From Candidatus Omnitrophota bacterium (GTDB lineage Bacteria; Omnitrophota; Omnitrophia; Omnitrophales; Aquincolibacteriaceae), in assembly GCA_043718225.1 (NCBI GenBank), contig JAYSWD010000022.1, forward strand, positions 327 through 64,326: a DNA stretch of 64,000 nt, written 5' to 3'. The notes below the pieces were generated by a model. The model saw only the letters and a program-made list of their open reading frames with translations. It ran no database searches and was not told the DNA's origin. Positions 47,367 through 56,328 of this stretch are shown here, piece by piece. The first letter of the stretch is position 1; each line of letters begins with the position of its first letter. The translations under genes were made by a program, and so were the position numbers.

Positions 47367-47804
47367 ATGGGTTTTGTATCACGACCTATTTTTCATATAG
47401 CTTTTCCGGTTAAAAGTGTCGAGTCGACGCTTATTTTTTACCGCGATCAGCTTGGGCTTCGAATTGACCTGATTGAGCGCGATCGCTGCATCATTGATTT
47501 TTTTGGGCATCAAGCCGTCGCGCATGTTTCGGAAAAAGATGTGCCGCCGCGTGTTTCGCTTTATCCGCGGCATTTCGGAGTTATTTTAGACGATGAAAGA
47601 AAATTTGATGAATTTCACCAGCGTCTGCAAAGAATAAGCATGCCTTTTTTTGAACGCTTATTCGTAAGGTTTGAAGGCACGCCCAGAGAACACAAAACAT
47701 TTTTTCTCAAAGATCCGTCAAATAATTTGATTGAGTTCAAATGGTACCGCGATCCCGGGTTAATTTTTGCGTCTCACCCTGACACTCCGCCGCTGTCTCG
47801 TTAA
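47367..47804 (+). CDS. VOC (glyoxalase/bleomycin-resistance/dioxygenase) family protein
   Basis: FHIAFPVKSVESTLIFYRDQLGL opening and ~145 aa size. Confidence 0.6.
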   Translation: MGFVSRPIFHIAFPVKSVESTLIFYRDQLGLRIDLIERDRCIIDFFGHQAVAHVSEKDVPPRVSLYPRHFGVILDDERKFDEFHQRLQRISMPFFERLFVRFEGTPREHKTFFLKDPSNNLIEFKWYRDPGLIFASHPDTPPLSR

Positions 47805-47845
47805 GGCCTCTGAGTCTTTGACTCAACCGGCATAAGCAACAATAT

Positions 47846-48214
47846 TTAGGGGCTGATTAAAAGAGTGTGGATTTTTTTGAGAAGGTCCTGCGCATCGTAG
47901 GGTTTAATAACAAAGGCATCCGCGTCATATTCACGGACTGTTCTTTTTACCGCGACGCCGGCGTCAGCGGTAGAAAAAATAACGGGCATTTCTTTTAGGG
48001 CCGGGTTATTGCGGAAACAGCTGAGAACATCATAGCCATTCATGTCCGGGAGTTTAATGTCGAGAATGGCGAGATCCGGTTTTTCGTGTTTGACCGCTTC
48101 CAAAGCTTCATTCCCCGTATGGCAAGCCATAACGGCATAGCCATTTTTTGCAAGCCGTAGGGTCAGTAATTTTATCGTGTCGGGCTCGTCATCCACGATC
48201 AGAATTTTTTTCAT
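47846..48214 (-). CDS. Stand-alone response regulator receiver protein
   Basis: MKKILIVDDEPD ... DLAILDIKLPDMNG ... FSTA ... KP. The ATG at 48214 overlaps the kinase stop (ATGA). Confidence 0.85.
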   Translation of the reverse strand: MKKILIVDDEPDTIKLLTLRLAKNGYAVMACHTGNEALEAVKHEKPDLAILDIKLPDMNGYDVLSCFRNNPALKEMPVIFSTADAGVAVKRTVREYDADAFVIKPYDAQDLLKKIHTLLISP

Positions 48215-49749
48215 AAGGACTGAGTGTGTTTGAGCGGAAGAAGAATAAAAAAGGCGCTGCCAAGCGGCTTTTTGCTTTCGGCCCATATTTCGCCCTGATG
48301 CTGGACGATAATTTTTTTTGAGATGGCGAGGCCAAGGCCGGTGCCTTGAGGAAACATTTTTCTCGCGGCATCGGTTTGGCTGAATTCAGAGAATATTTTT
48401 TTGGCTTCTTCGTTCGAAAAGCCAATGCCTGTATCTAAAACGGAAACTTTCGCGTTTTCTCCCTGACGTTCGGAGGCGATTGTGATAGTGCCTTTTTCTG
48501 TAAATTTAACCGCGTTGTGAATCAGATTGGTCAGAACCTGAATGATTTTATCGCTGTCAACTTCCACGAGAAGCGGCCCCCTAGAGAGATTTAAGTTGAG
48601 AGAGATATTCTTTTTTTGCGCGGCGGTTTTTTCAATTTCCGCGACTCCTCGCACAAGCTCATTCAGATTTTTTTTCTCAAACTCCAGGTCGATGATGCCG
48701 GCTTCTGTTTTTTGAAAGTCCAAGACGTTATTAATCAGCCGGGTCAGCCGGTCGATGCATTGTTTGGCGGTTTCAAGAACGTCCCGCTGTTCTGCGCTCA
48801 CCGCGCCGGTTAACCCTTCCAAAACCACACTGATGCTTTCTTTGACCGTATGTAGCGGCGTGCGCAGTTCATGCGAAACCATAGAGATCATTTCGGATTT
48901 AATTTTAAGCGCGTGTTTGTGATGCTGTTCGGTTATATCCAGGCATGTGCCGGTCAGGCTTACGGCGGTGTCGTGATTGTTGCGGTCAATAATACAGCGG
49001 ACGGCGATTTTCCTTTCGGTTTTATCCGGCAGGAGCACGGTATATTCATCGTTATATTCGGAAGCTTTTTTAAGCGCGGCAAGAACCGCGCTGTTAATAC
49101 GCTCGCGGTCTTTAGGGTGAAGGCAATTAAGAAATATTGCGTAATTGACAAGCCCTCCGGCAGAAGGCGGAACCCCGAACAGACGAAACATGTTATCGTC
49201 CCAGCAAATGATATCTTCCTTAACTTGCCAGGACCAAACGCCGATGCCTGAAACTTTTAAGGCCAGATGCAATTGCTTTTCGCTTTCAACAAGACGTACA
49301 GCAGACTCTTTTTTTTCGGTAATGTCTTCTGAAATTCCAAGCAGAAAGGCCGGTTTGCCCCGGAGGTCGAAAAGTGTCGATTTTTTAGTATGTAAAAGCC
49401 GCAGCCCTTTTTGGCGGGTTTGAATCGGTTCTTCGGGAATATCGAGAACTTTGCGGCTCTTTAAAACCTCCCGGTCTTTTTGTATAAAAAAATCGGCTTC
49501 GTCTTTGGGAAAAAAATCGTAATCGTTTTTTCCGAGCAGGTCTTTTTGAGAATATCCCAGCAGTTTTTGTCCGGCTTTATTGAAGCGGACAAAGCGTAGC
49601 TCTTTGGCCTCTTTTAAAAAAACCATGTTCGGAATGGTTTCTATGATCGAGTTGAGAAAAGCGATCTCCTGACGGAGCTCCGTCAGTTTCGCGGATGCTT
49701 TTTTCGAAATGACCCTATTTTTGGAAGATGCATGTTTAGTCTTTCTCAT
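48211..49749 (-). CDS. PAS-domain sensor histidine kinase
   Basis: Two PAS-like segments, the H-box SHELRTPLH, the N-box NLIHNAVKFT, and G-boxes DTGIGF and GTGLGLAI. Confidence 0.9.
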   Translation of the reverse strand: MRKTKHASSKNRVISKKASAKLTELRQEIAFLNSIIETIPNMVFLKEAKELRFVRFNKAGQKLLGYSQKDLLGKNDYDFFPKDEADFFIQKDREVLKSRKVLDIPEEPIQTRQKGLRLLHTKKSTLFDLRGKPAFLLGISEDITEKKESAVRLVESEKQLHLALKVSGIGVWSWQVKEDIICWDDNMFRLFGVPPSAGGLVNYAIFLNCLHPKDRERINSAVLAALKKASEYNDEYTVLLPDKTERKIAVRCIIDRNNHDTAVSLTGTCLDITEQHHKHALKIKSEMISMVSHELRTPLHTVKESISVVLEGLTGAVSAEQRDVLETAKQCIDRLTRLINNVLDFQKTEAGIIDLEFEKKNLNELVRGVAEIEKTAAQKKNISLNLNLSRGPLLVEVDSDKIIQVLTNLIHNAVKFTEKGTITIASERQGENAKVSVLDTGIGFSNEEAKKIFSEFSQTDAARKMFPQGTGLGLAISKKIIVQHQGEIWAESKKPLGSAFFILLPLKHTQSL

Positions 49750-49758
49750 TTCTAAATG

Positions 49759-51432
49759 TCAGGCGGGCATGCTCAGATAATAACCTTGGCCGAATTGCAC
49801 GCCAAGGCGGAGCAGGGTTTCGAGATCTTCGCGCGTTTCAATGCCCTCCGCAATCACCGTGGCTTTGAGGTCTTCGGCGATTTTCAGAATGCGGCATAAT
49901 GTTTTCTGCAAAGCGGGATTGTAAGAAATCCCCATGATGCATTTCTTGTCTATTTTGAGAATATCGGGCTCGATGGAGAAAAGATTTTCAAGGGAAGTAT
50001 TTCCGAAACCAACATCATCCATGGCGACTTTGACCCCCGCACGCTTTAAAAGACGAATGGCTTCCATGAGATGAGAAGAGTCGCACAGGATTTGCTGCTC
50101 GCTGATTTCAACGCAATAATGGGATGAGCCGGAAAACTTTTCAATCAGTTTCGCGGGAGGAATATCCATAATTGTGGAAGGCAGAAGGTTAATGTGCCGG
50201 CCCGCCGCTGCCGGAACTGACTGAGAAGCCGCGACGCAGGTGTTGAAACAATGGTGGTCAACCAAAGTAATCATATTGTTTTCCAGCGCGGCTTTTAAAA
50301 AATCATCCGGCATATTAAAAGAAGAATGGTGCAGGCGCGTTAAAAATTCGAAACCGATAACCGAGCTGTCACGCAAATCGTGAATCGGCTGTTTGACCGC
50401 GAAAAAATTTTCGCCCCGGCGCAGCGCCGAAAGATAATCCGGCATTTGAGTCGACCTGTGCGCTCTTCCCGGAAAAGTTTCACTGTGTTCATAAAAGACC
50501 TGATTTTTCCCCTGGTTTTTACTTTCCATCAAAAGCGGGTCGGTGAGGCCCAGAATTTCGTCTACAGAAATAATCTGAAGTGAAACCGGTGTCAGCCCGA
50601 TGCTGACGGTAATGCGGATTTTCTTGCAATCTGAAATATGGAGCCGCATATTGGAGATTGAGAGGCGCAGGCGTTCCGCTAATTTGACGCCTTCTTCTAG
50701 TTCCGTTTCCGGTAAAAGCAGCACAAACTCATCGCCGCCGATACGCCCAATATAATCCGAGATGCGAATCGAATCTTTGATTTTTTTCGCGACTTCCTTG
50801 ATGACAATATCGCCGCAAGGATGACCCAGCGTGTCATTGACACGTTTGAAGTCGTCAATATCCATGACGATGGCAATCAGCGAAGTTCCTTTCCTTTCCG
50901 CGGAATGAATTTCACGGGTCAGAATTTGCTGCAATCCTCGGCGGTTATAAACATCCGTCAACGGGTCAAGCACCGCGTATTTTTCAAGCTGGGCATTCAC
51001 TTGACGTAATTTTCCCGTGACGACGCTCAGTTTTTTCCTGATTGAATGGCGGTCGATCGCGTGTTGGATAATGCGCACAAGCATTTTAGGGGGAGTTTCG
51101 CCTTTAACAATGTAGTCCTGAGCTCCTTTTCGTACCGCATCCACAGCGAGCTGATCATTATCAAGCCCCGTCATAATCACAACCGGGGCTTGTGTTCCTG
51201 CTGCAAGAATTTGTGTCATTGCTTGAATTCCTTTGGCGTCCGGCAGCATTAAATCGAGGAGGATCAAATCAAAGGTTTGAATTGTAAAAAGTTCCAGGGC
51301 ACTTTTTAAAGAGGAAGTCGTGTGAACTTCAAAGCGGGGTTTATCATTGTGAGTGAGGCGGAACCGGGTAACTTTTGCGAATTCTACATCGTCGTCAATC
51401 AACAGAATTTTATATTGGGCTGTTGGAACCAT
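49759..51432 (-). CDS. Response regulator with GGDEF and EAL domains
   Basis: REC (ILLIDDD ... LLDLMLPD), GGDEF (RIGGDEF with an RISD I-site), and EAL (VEISEQ, DDVGFGNTSL, LKIDKK, AEGIET, QGYY). Confidence 0.9.
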   Translation of the reverse strand: MVPTAQYKILLIDDDVEFAKVTRFRLTHNDKPRFEVHTTSSLKSALELFTIQTFDLILLDLMLPDAKGIQAMTQILAAGTQAPVVIMTGLDNDQLAVDAVRKGAQDYIVKGETPPKMLVRIIQHAIDRHSIRKKLSVVTGKLRQVNAQLEKYAVLDPLTDVYNRRGLQQILTREIHSAERKGTSLIAIVMDIDDFKRVNDTLGHPCGDIVIKEVAKKIKDSIRISDYIGRIGGDEFVLLLPETELEEGVKLAERLRLSISNMRLHISDCKKIRITVSIGLTPVSLQIISVDEILGLTDPLLMESKNQGKNQVFYEHSETFPGRAHRSTQMPDYLSALRRGENFFAVKQPIHDLRDSSVIGFEFLTRLHHSSFNMPDDFLKAALENNMITLVDHHCFNTCVAASQSVPAAAGRHINLLPSTIMDIPPAKLIEKFSGSSHYCVEISEQQILCDSSHLMEAIRLLKRAGVKVAMDDVGFGNTSLENLFSIEPDILKIDKKCIMGISYNPALQKTLCRILKIAEDLKATVIAEGIETREDLETLLRLGVQFGQGYYLSMPA

Positions 51433-51735
51433 ACTTCCTTTAGCGCTAGGAATAATGAGACAAAAGCCGATACAGAAAGATTAAAGTTCTTTTAACTATT
51501 ATGCCTTATTTTTCTTATCAAATCAAACTGAGAATCATGAAAACAGCTATGTTGATATAAGTTATTATAAGACTCTATATTAAGCTACATAACCATAAAT
51601 AATGCAATTATATACAGTTATATGAATGTTATAAATTGATCGTTGATATTTATAGGACGTAGTATAAGGTTTTAATAGGGAACAATTTGCAGAAATGAAC
51701 AGCTTAAAGGGTTCACTGAACCCAGGGGGTAGAAA

Positions 51736-52047
51736 ATGAAAAAGGTAATAGCATTGGGACTGATGTTCGTGATGATTGCGGCAAGTCCCGGCTTTTGCGG
51801 CACGGTTGACCGCATCTTAGTGCAGGATCGCGTTGCTTCGGATATTCGTCCTGAGCGGGATGCCGGCAGATTGATTGGTTATACCAAAGACAATCTGTTT
51901 AAGGGCTTTGACATGCTGATGAAGCCGATGGCATCGGTCACAGATCCTCTGCGTAAATTTACGGGGAAGGTATTACATTTTCCCATCAAAGTCGTAAATA
52001 CGACGTGGGATTTTATGACCAAACCCATTCCCGGCTATAAAGCGTAA
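51736..52047 (+). CDS. Small secreted hypothetical protein
   Basis: RBS gggggt, signal peptide MKKVIALGLMFVMIAASPGFC, and a terminator downstream. Confidence 0.55.
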   Translation: MKKVIALGLMFVMIAASPGFCGTVDRILVQDRVASDIRPERDAGRLIGYTKDNLFKGFDMLMKPMASVTDPLRKFTGKVLHFPIKVVNTTWDFMTKPIPGYKA

Positions 52048-52065
52048 GATTTCGGGGATAAAAAA

Positions 52066-52100
52066 ACGGACGGGGAGCATCCCCGTCCGTTTTCTATTTT
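52066..52100 (+). terminator. Rho-independent terminator
   Basis: ACGGACGGGGA-gca-TCCCCGTCCGT followed by TTTTCTATTTT. A second hairpin, GCGCGGAGT-taa-ACTCCGCGC, follows at 52108..52128. Confidence 0.8.
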
Positions 52101-52149
52101 ATCTTTGGCGCGGAGTTAAACTCCGCGCGTTCCTTTTTAGGCGATAGTG

Positions 52150-52289
52150 CGTCATTGCGAGCGCAGCGAAGCAATCTGACACGAAGTGTCATCCTCGACT
52201 TGATCGGGGATCCAGTCTAGATTCCCGCCTTCGCGGGAATGACAAAAAGCGTCAGATTGCCACGGTCGCTTTGCTCCCTCGCAATGACG
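52150..52289. repeat. Composite 140-bp nested-palindrome element built of four GTCAT-type hairpin modules (MITE/REP-like)
   Basis: The outer arms cgtcattgcgag..gcaatctgac (52150-80) and gtcagattgc..ctcgcaatgacg (52251-89) are inverted copies. They enclose gtcatcc..ggatc (52188-215) and attcccgc-cttc-gcgggaatgac (52219-42). Confidence 0.85.
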
Positions 52290-52347
52290 AGTAACAGACT
52301 TTTGTCGCTAGTTCCGCGTCTCTAGTCTCTGTCTGTTATAATCCGAC

Positions 52348-53790
52348 ATGTCTCAATCCCTTTCTTACCAAAAACCCATTGCCATTGTTGATGTTGAAAC
52401 AACGGGCGGCAGCGCGGTCAACAACCGTTTAATTGAAATCGGGATCATTCGAATTGAAAACGGAGTCGAAGTGCGCCGGTTTCAAAGCTTAATTCAGCCC
52501 GGTCAATCGGTGCCTATTTTTGTCCAAAATCTTACCGGAATTTCCGATCACGATTTGAAGGGGGCGCCTGTTTTTAAAGATATTGCCGACGAAGTTGAGC
52601 TATGCCTCAAAGATGCTCTTTTTATCGGACACAATGTCCGCTTTGATTATGATTTTATAAGGCATGAATTCCGCCGGTTGGAACGGCGTTTTTTGGCCCC
52701 GACGCTTTGCAGTGCGCGGATGTCACGCGCTCTTTTCCCCGAACATAAAAGGCATAACCTGTCTGAAATTGTGGAACGCCACGGCCTTTCCGTTTCCAGC
52801 CGCCACCGCGCGCTTGATGACGCGCAGGCGGTTTGGGATTTTTTTAAAAAAAGTATCGAAACCTTGGGCGCGGTAAAATTTGACGATATTTTTGAAAAAC
52901 TTGTCGCGGGTCGTCCGCCTCAAACGAGAATTCCCGCCTCGCGCTTTCAAAATATATCAGAATCGGCCGGAGCCTATATTTTCCGCGACGCGCATGGCAC
53001 GGTTTTATATGTGGGAAAAAGCGGCAATTTGCGCGAACGCATTTTAGGGCATTTTTACGGCGACTTTGAAAATCCGAAAGAAGCACAGTTGCTTGAACAG
53101 GCGACGGACCTGGAATGGATTCCCGCGCCCGGTGAATTATCTGCTCTGTTTTTGGAAACCGAATTGGTTCAAAAGCTGAATCCGCTTCATTCGCGTAAAG
53201 CGCGTAAATCAATGGGAATGATTTGCGCGGCGAAATATATCAGCGCGGGCGGTTATCCGGCCGTAAATCTCAAACAGGAAAGTGAAATTCTCAATAAGAG
53301 CGATGTGCTGGCCTATTACCGGGGGTTCCGTGAAGCGAAAGAATCTTTAGGGTTGCTCGCGGACAAATTCAAACTTTGCCGTAAATTGCTGGGATTTGAA
53401 AAAGAAGGCGGCCCGTGTTCTGCTGTTCAGTATCAAAAATGCTCGGGCGCCTGTACCGGAGCCGAGCCGATTGAAGCTTATTCCGCAAGATTTTCGCGCG
53501 CCTTTCAGCAAGCAGGAACGGCTTCCTGGCCTTATCCTTCCGCGGTTTTGGTGGAGGAATACGATGACGAGCTTAAACGCGGCGAATCTTATGTAGTTCA
53601 TAATTGGCTTTTACTCGCGCGCATCAAGCATGAGGGCAAAACCCGCCAGGTTGAAAAATTGACGGATGGCTTTGACTGGGACCAACTCAAAATTTTGAAA
53701 CGTGTTATGCAAAGTGAAACCGCAAAAATCCGAAATATTGAAAAGCAAGAGGTGCAGTCTCTATTGAGCGGAACCGCGACTAAAAAGTGA
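52348..53790 (+). CDS. DnaQ-like 3'-5' exonuclease fused to a GIY-YIG (UvrC/Cho-like) nuclease domain
   Basis: Exo I VDVETTG, Exo II GHNVRFDYDF and Exo III HRALDDA, followed by GAYIFRDAHGTVLYVGKSGNLRERILGHF (GIY-YIG). Confidence 0.8.
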   Translation: MSQSLSYQKPIAIVDVETTGGSAVNNRLIEIGIIRIENGVEVRRFQSLIQPGQSVPIFVQNLTGISDHDLKGAPVFKDIADEVELCLKDALFIGHNVRFDYDFIRHEFRRLERRFLAPTLCSARMSRALFPEHKRHNLSEIVERHGLSVSSRHRALDDAQAVWDFFKKSIETLGAVKFDDIFEKLVAGRPPQTRIPASRFQNISESAGAYIFRDAHGTVLYVGKSGNLRERILGHFYGDFENPKEAQLLEQATDLEWIPAPGELSALFLETELVQKLNPLHSRKARKSMGMICAAKYISAGGYPAVNLKQESEILNKSDVLAYYRGFREAKESLGLLADKFKLCRKLLGFEKEGGPCSAVQYQKCSGACTGAEPIEAYSARFSRAFQQAGTASWPYPSAVLVEEYDDELKRGESYVVHNWLLLARIKHEGKTRQVEKLTDGFDWDQLKILKRVMQSETAKIRNIEKQEVQSLLSGTATKK

Positions 53791-53862
53791 AGCTTGAAGG
53801 AAATTTAGCCGTTATATAAAAGAGTTTTACAGCGTCAATTTCATTTCGCAAAGGGGGTTCGA

Positions 53863-54792
53863 ATGTCTTATTTTTATAAGCCCGTTCGTGCCCTTGTTTT
53901 TTTTGCGGCAACCGTAGCCGCGCTTTCCTTTTTTCTGCCTTCCGTTCGTGCCGAATCGGTTTCATTGCGTTCCGAAGACGCAAATTGGATTGCCAACATG
54001 ATTTTTCAGAACGAATGTCAAATGAAGAATGAGAATTTAATTTCGTGGAATGAAGGCGAAGATTTTTTATCGCTTGGGATAGGTCACTTTATTTGGTATC
54101 CCCGGGGTCGTTCCGACCGGTATCGCGAAAGTTTTCCGGAACTTATTCGTGACCTCCGGTCAGACGGGCTAATCATTCCCGGCGGATTGCTCGAAATGAT
54201 TCAAAATGGGCCGCCGTGGAAAACACGCGAAGAGTTTCTTTCCGCGCGCGCGGGGTCGAGCGCGCTTCAATTGCGCGAGTTTTTAAAAAAAACCATGAAC
54301 GGGCAGGCGCGGTTTATGATCCGTCGTTTTCAGCAGGCGCTGTTAAAAATGATCCGAACAACCCCGCCCGAACAACGCGTCCTGTTGACGGAAAAGATTT
54401 TTGAATTGACGCAGACACGCAACGGTTTATACGCGATGATCGATTACCTTAATTTTAAAGGCGACGGCCTTTCCCAGGCTGAACGATACCGCGAGCATGG
54501 CTGGGGCCTCTTTCAGGTTTTATATGAAATGAAGTGGCCGGTGGGAGCGCAGGGCGCGGAGGCAGAATTTGTCGCGGCTGCCAGGAAAGTCCTACGCCGG
54601 CGCGTTGACAACGCGCCGTCCGAAAGGCAGGAAGATCGTTGGATTAAGGGCTGGGAAAATCGTCTTGAGACTTATTCGGCTCCCTCGGATTCATTTAAGT
54701 TTTCACCCGCGGCCGCGAGTGGTATGCATCTCTCTGAAACCACCGAGCCGATTGAGATTTTAAGCCGCATTGATTTTACCGTTAAATCTTGA
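53863..54792 (+). CDS. Secreted hypothetical protein
   Basis: Signal peptide ...FFLPSVRA|ES. No family recognised with confidence. Confidence 0.6.
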   Translation: MSYFYKPVRALVFFAATVAALSFFLPSVRAESVSLRSEDANWIANMIFQNECQMKNENLISWNEGEDFLSLGIGHFIWYPRGRSDRYRESFPELIRDLRSDGLIIPGGLLEMIQNGPPWKTREEFLSARAGSSALQLREFLKKTMNGQARFMIRRFQQALLKMIRTTPPEQRVLLTEKIFELTQTRNGLYAMIDYLNFKGDGLSQAERYREHGWGLFQVLYEMKWPVGAQGAEAEFVAAARKVLRRRVDNAPSERQEDRWIKGWENRLETYSAPSDSFKFSPAAASGMHLSETTEPIEILSRIDFTVKS

Positions 54793-54855
54793 GTCTGCGT
54801 CCGCATTCCGCATATAATTCAGCCTGTCTTAATCGTCATCTATCAAGGAGTTCAT

Positions 54856-55662
54856 ATGAAAAAAGTTTCCATTTCCATGTGTTTGCTGGCCTGTGCTTTT
54901 CTTTCGGGCTGCGCAGAAATTCAATCAGGTGAAGTGGGCGTAAAGCGCTCGCTCGGAAAAATTTCCGAAACTCCTCTTAACGCGGGCTGGCATTTGTATA
55001 ATCCCCTGATTTCACAAATCGAAATTTGGGATATTAAAACACAAGAACTGAAAGAGCAGGCGCAAGTGCCTTCCTCGGAAGGTTTAATTTCCGCGCTGGA
55101 TGTTTCCGTCCTTTTTAATGTTCCGGCCGACCGCGCGGCGCAGGTTCGTAAAATGGTCGGGCCTTATTACCGTGACACAGTGCTTGAGCCGTACGTCCGC
55201 GAAGCGATCCGTAATGTAGTCAGCGGCTATGAAGTCAAAGCGCTTTACAGTGAAAAAGGCCGCGGCGAAATTACGACTAAAATTTTAAACCATTTGAAGG
55301 AAAAACTGGATCCTCGCGGCATTATTATTCAGGATGTTTTGCTACGCGATGTGAAATTGCCGCAAACTTTTTCAACTAGTATTGAAGCGAAGCTGCGGGC
55401 GGAACAGGAATCTTTGCAAAAAGAATTCGAACTTCAAAAAGCAAAGAAGGATGCTGAAATTGAAGTTGCCAGAGCACAAGGTGTCGCGCAATCAAACGAT
55501 GTTATCGCCGCCAGTTTGACGAGCAATTACCTTAAGTATCTCTGGGTAAAAGGTATGCAGTCGAGCCAGATGCAGGTTGTCTATGTTCCGACGGAAGCTA
55601 ATTTACCGATTCTCGAAGCCAAGCGCTGGGAATTAGCCGAAAAAGCAGCCAAAGCCGCTTAA
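54856..55662 (+). CDS. SPFH/Band-7 (prohibitin-family) lipoprotein
   Basis: Lipobox LSGC, RBS aaggag, an SPFH core, and a C-terminal coiled coil (EAKLRAEQESLQKEFELQKAKKDAEIE). Confidence 0.8.
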   Translation: MKKVSISMCLLACAFLSGCAEIQSGEVGVKRSLGKISETPLNAGWHLYNPLISQIEIWDIKTQELKEQAQVPSSEGLISALDVSVLFNVPADRAAQVRKMVGPYYRDTVLEPYVREAIRNVVSGYEVKALYSEKGRGEITTKILNHLKEKLDPRGIIIQDVLLRDVKLPQTFSTSIEAKLRAEQESLQKEFELQKAKKDAEIEVARAQGVAQSNDVIAASLTSNYLKYLWVKGMQSSQMQVVYVPTEANLPILEAKRWELAEKAAKAA

Positions 55663-55775
55663 ACGCATGCTTCCCGTTAGAAGCAATTGATTTATAGGCA
55701 TACATAAATAAGGGAACAGTAAGCGATGAATAAAAGTTTATTTTTTTCAGAGAGCTTCTAACGGATGCCTTCTAG

Positions 55776-56165
55776 ATGAAACTGAATTCTTTTCCTGAAA
55801 TCGAAGATTTTCGAAAGCTTCCGCATGAAGTGGTTGTCAAAGGCGCGGTATCAGAACCCGATCCCAAAAAGGGCGTCGAAGTGCGCGGAATTGTGATCAA
55901 TAATATCGGCCAGCCCATTAAAAATATCCGCGTGCAAGTCGTCGTGTTTGATGAATATCATCTGCCGCAAATGAGCACCAGTATTTCTCCGTCGCCGTCC
56001 AAATTGCAGCAGGGCGGCATTGCGAATTTCATTTTCGTGCTTGAAGACCTGGAAAAACCGGTTAAAGATTTATATCTGCATGCCAATTGGAGTTTCGACG
56101 CCGGCGAACCGGAAGAGGATGAAGAGGAAGATGCTGCTCCGGATTCGGAGTTGGGAACGAAATAA
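55776..56165 (+). CDS. Hypothetical protein with an acidic C-terminal tail
   Basis: ORF only, with a beta-rich core and an EPEEDEEEDAAPDSE tail. Confidence 0.45.
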   Translation: MKLNSFPEIEDFRKLPHEVVVKGAVSEPDPKKGVEVRGIVINNIGQPIKNIRVQVVVFDEYHLPQMSTSISPSPSKLQQGGIANFIFVLEDLEKPVKDLYLHANWSFDAGEPEEDEEEDAAPDSELGTK

Positions 56166-56328
56166 AAGCAAGTGCCTTATCTTGCTCAAACAACCGATGC
56201 TACGCTCGGAACTCGCAATCTAAGGCGCTTGTTTTATTTGAAGCAGCAAAAAGATTATGAGGCAGTAAACGGGGCTTCGCCTGTTATAGATTTTTGCTCG
56301 CCAGGCTCGCAATTAAATGAGGTTTTAA

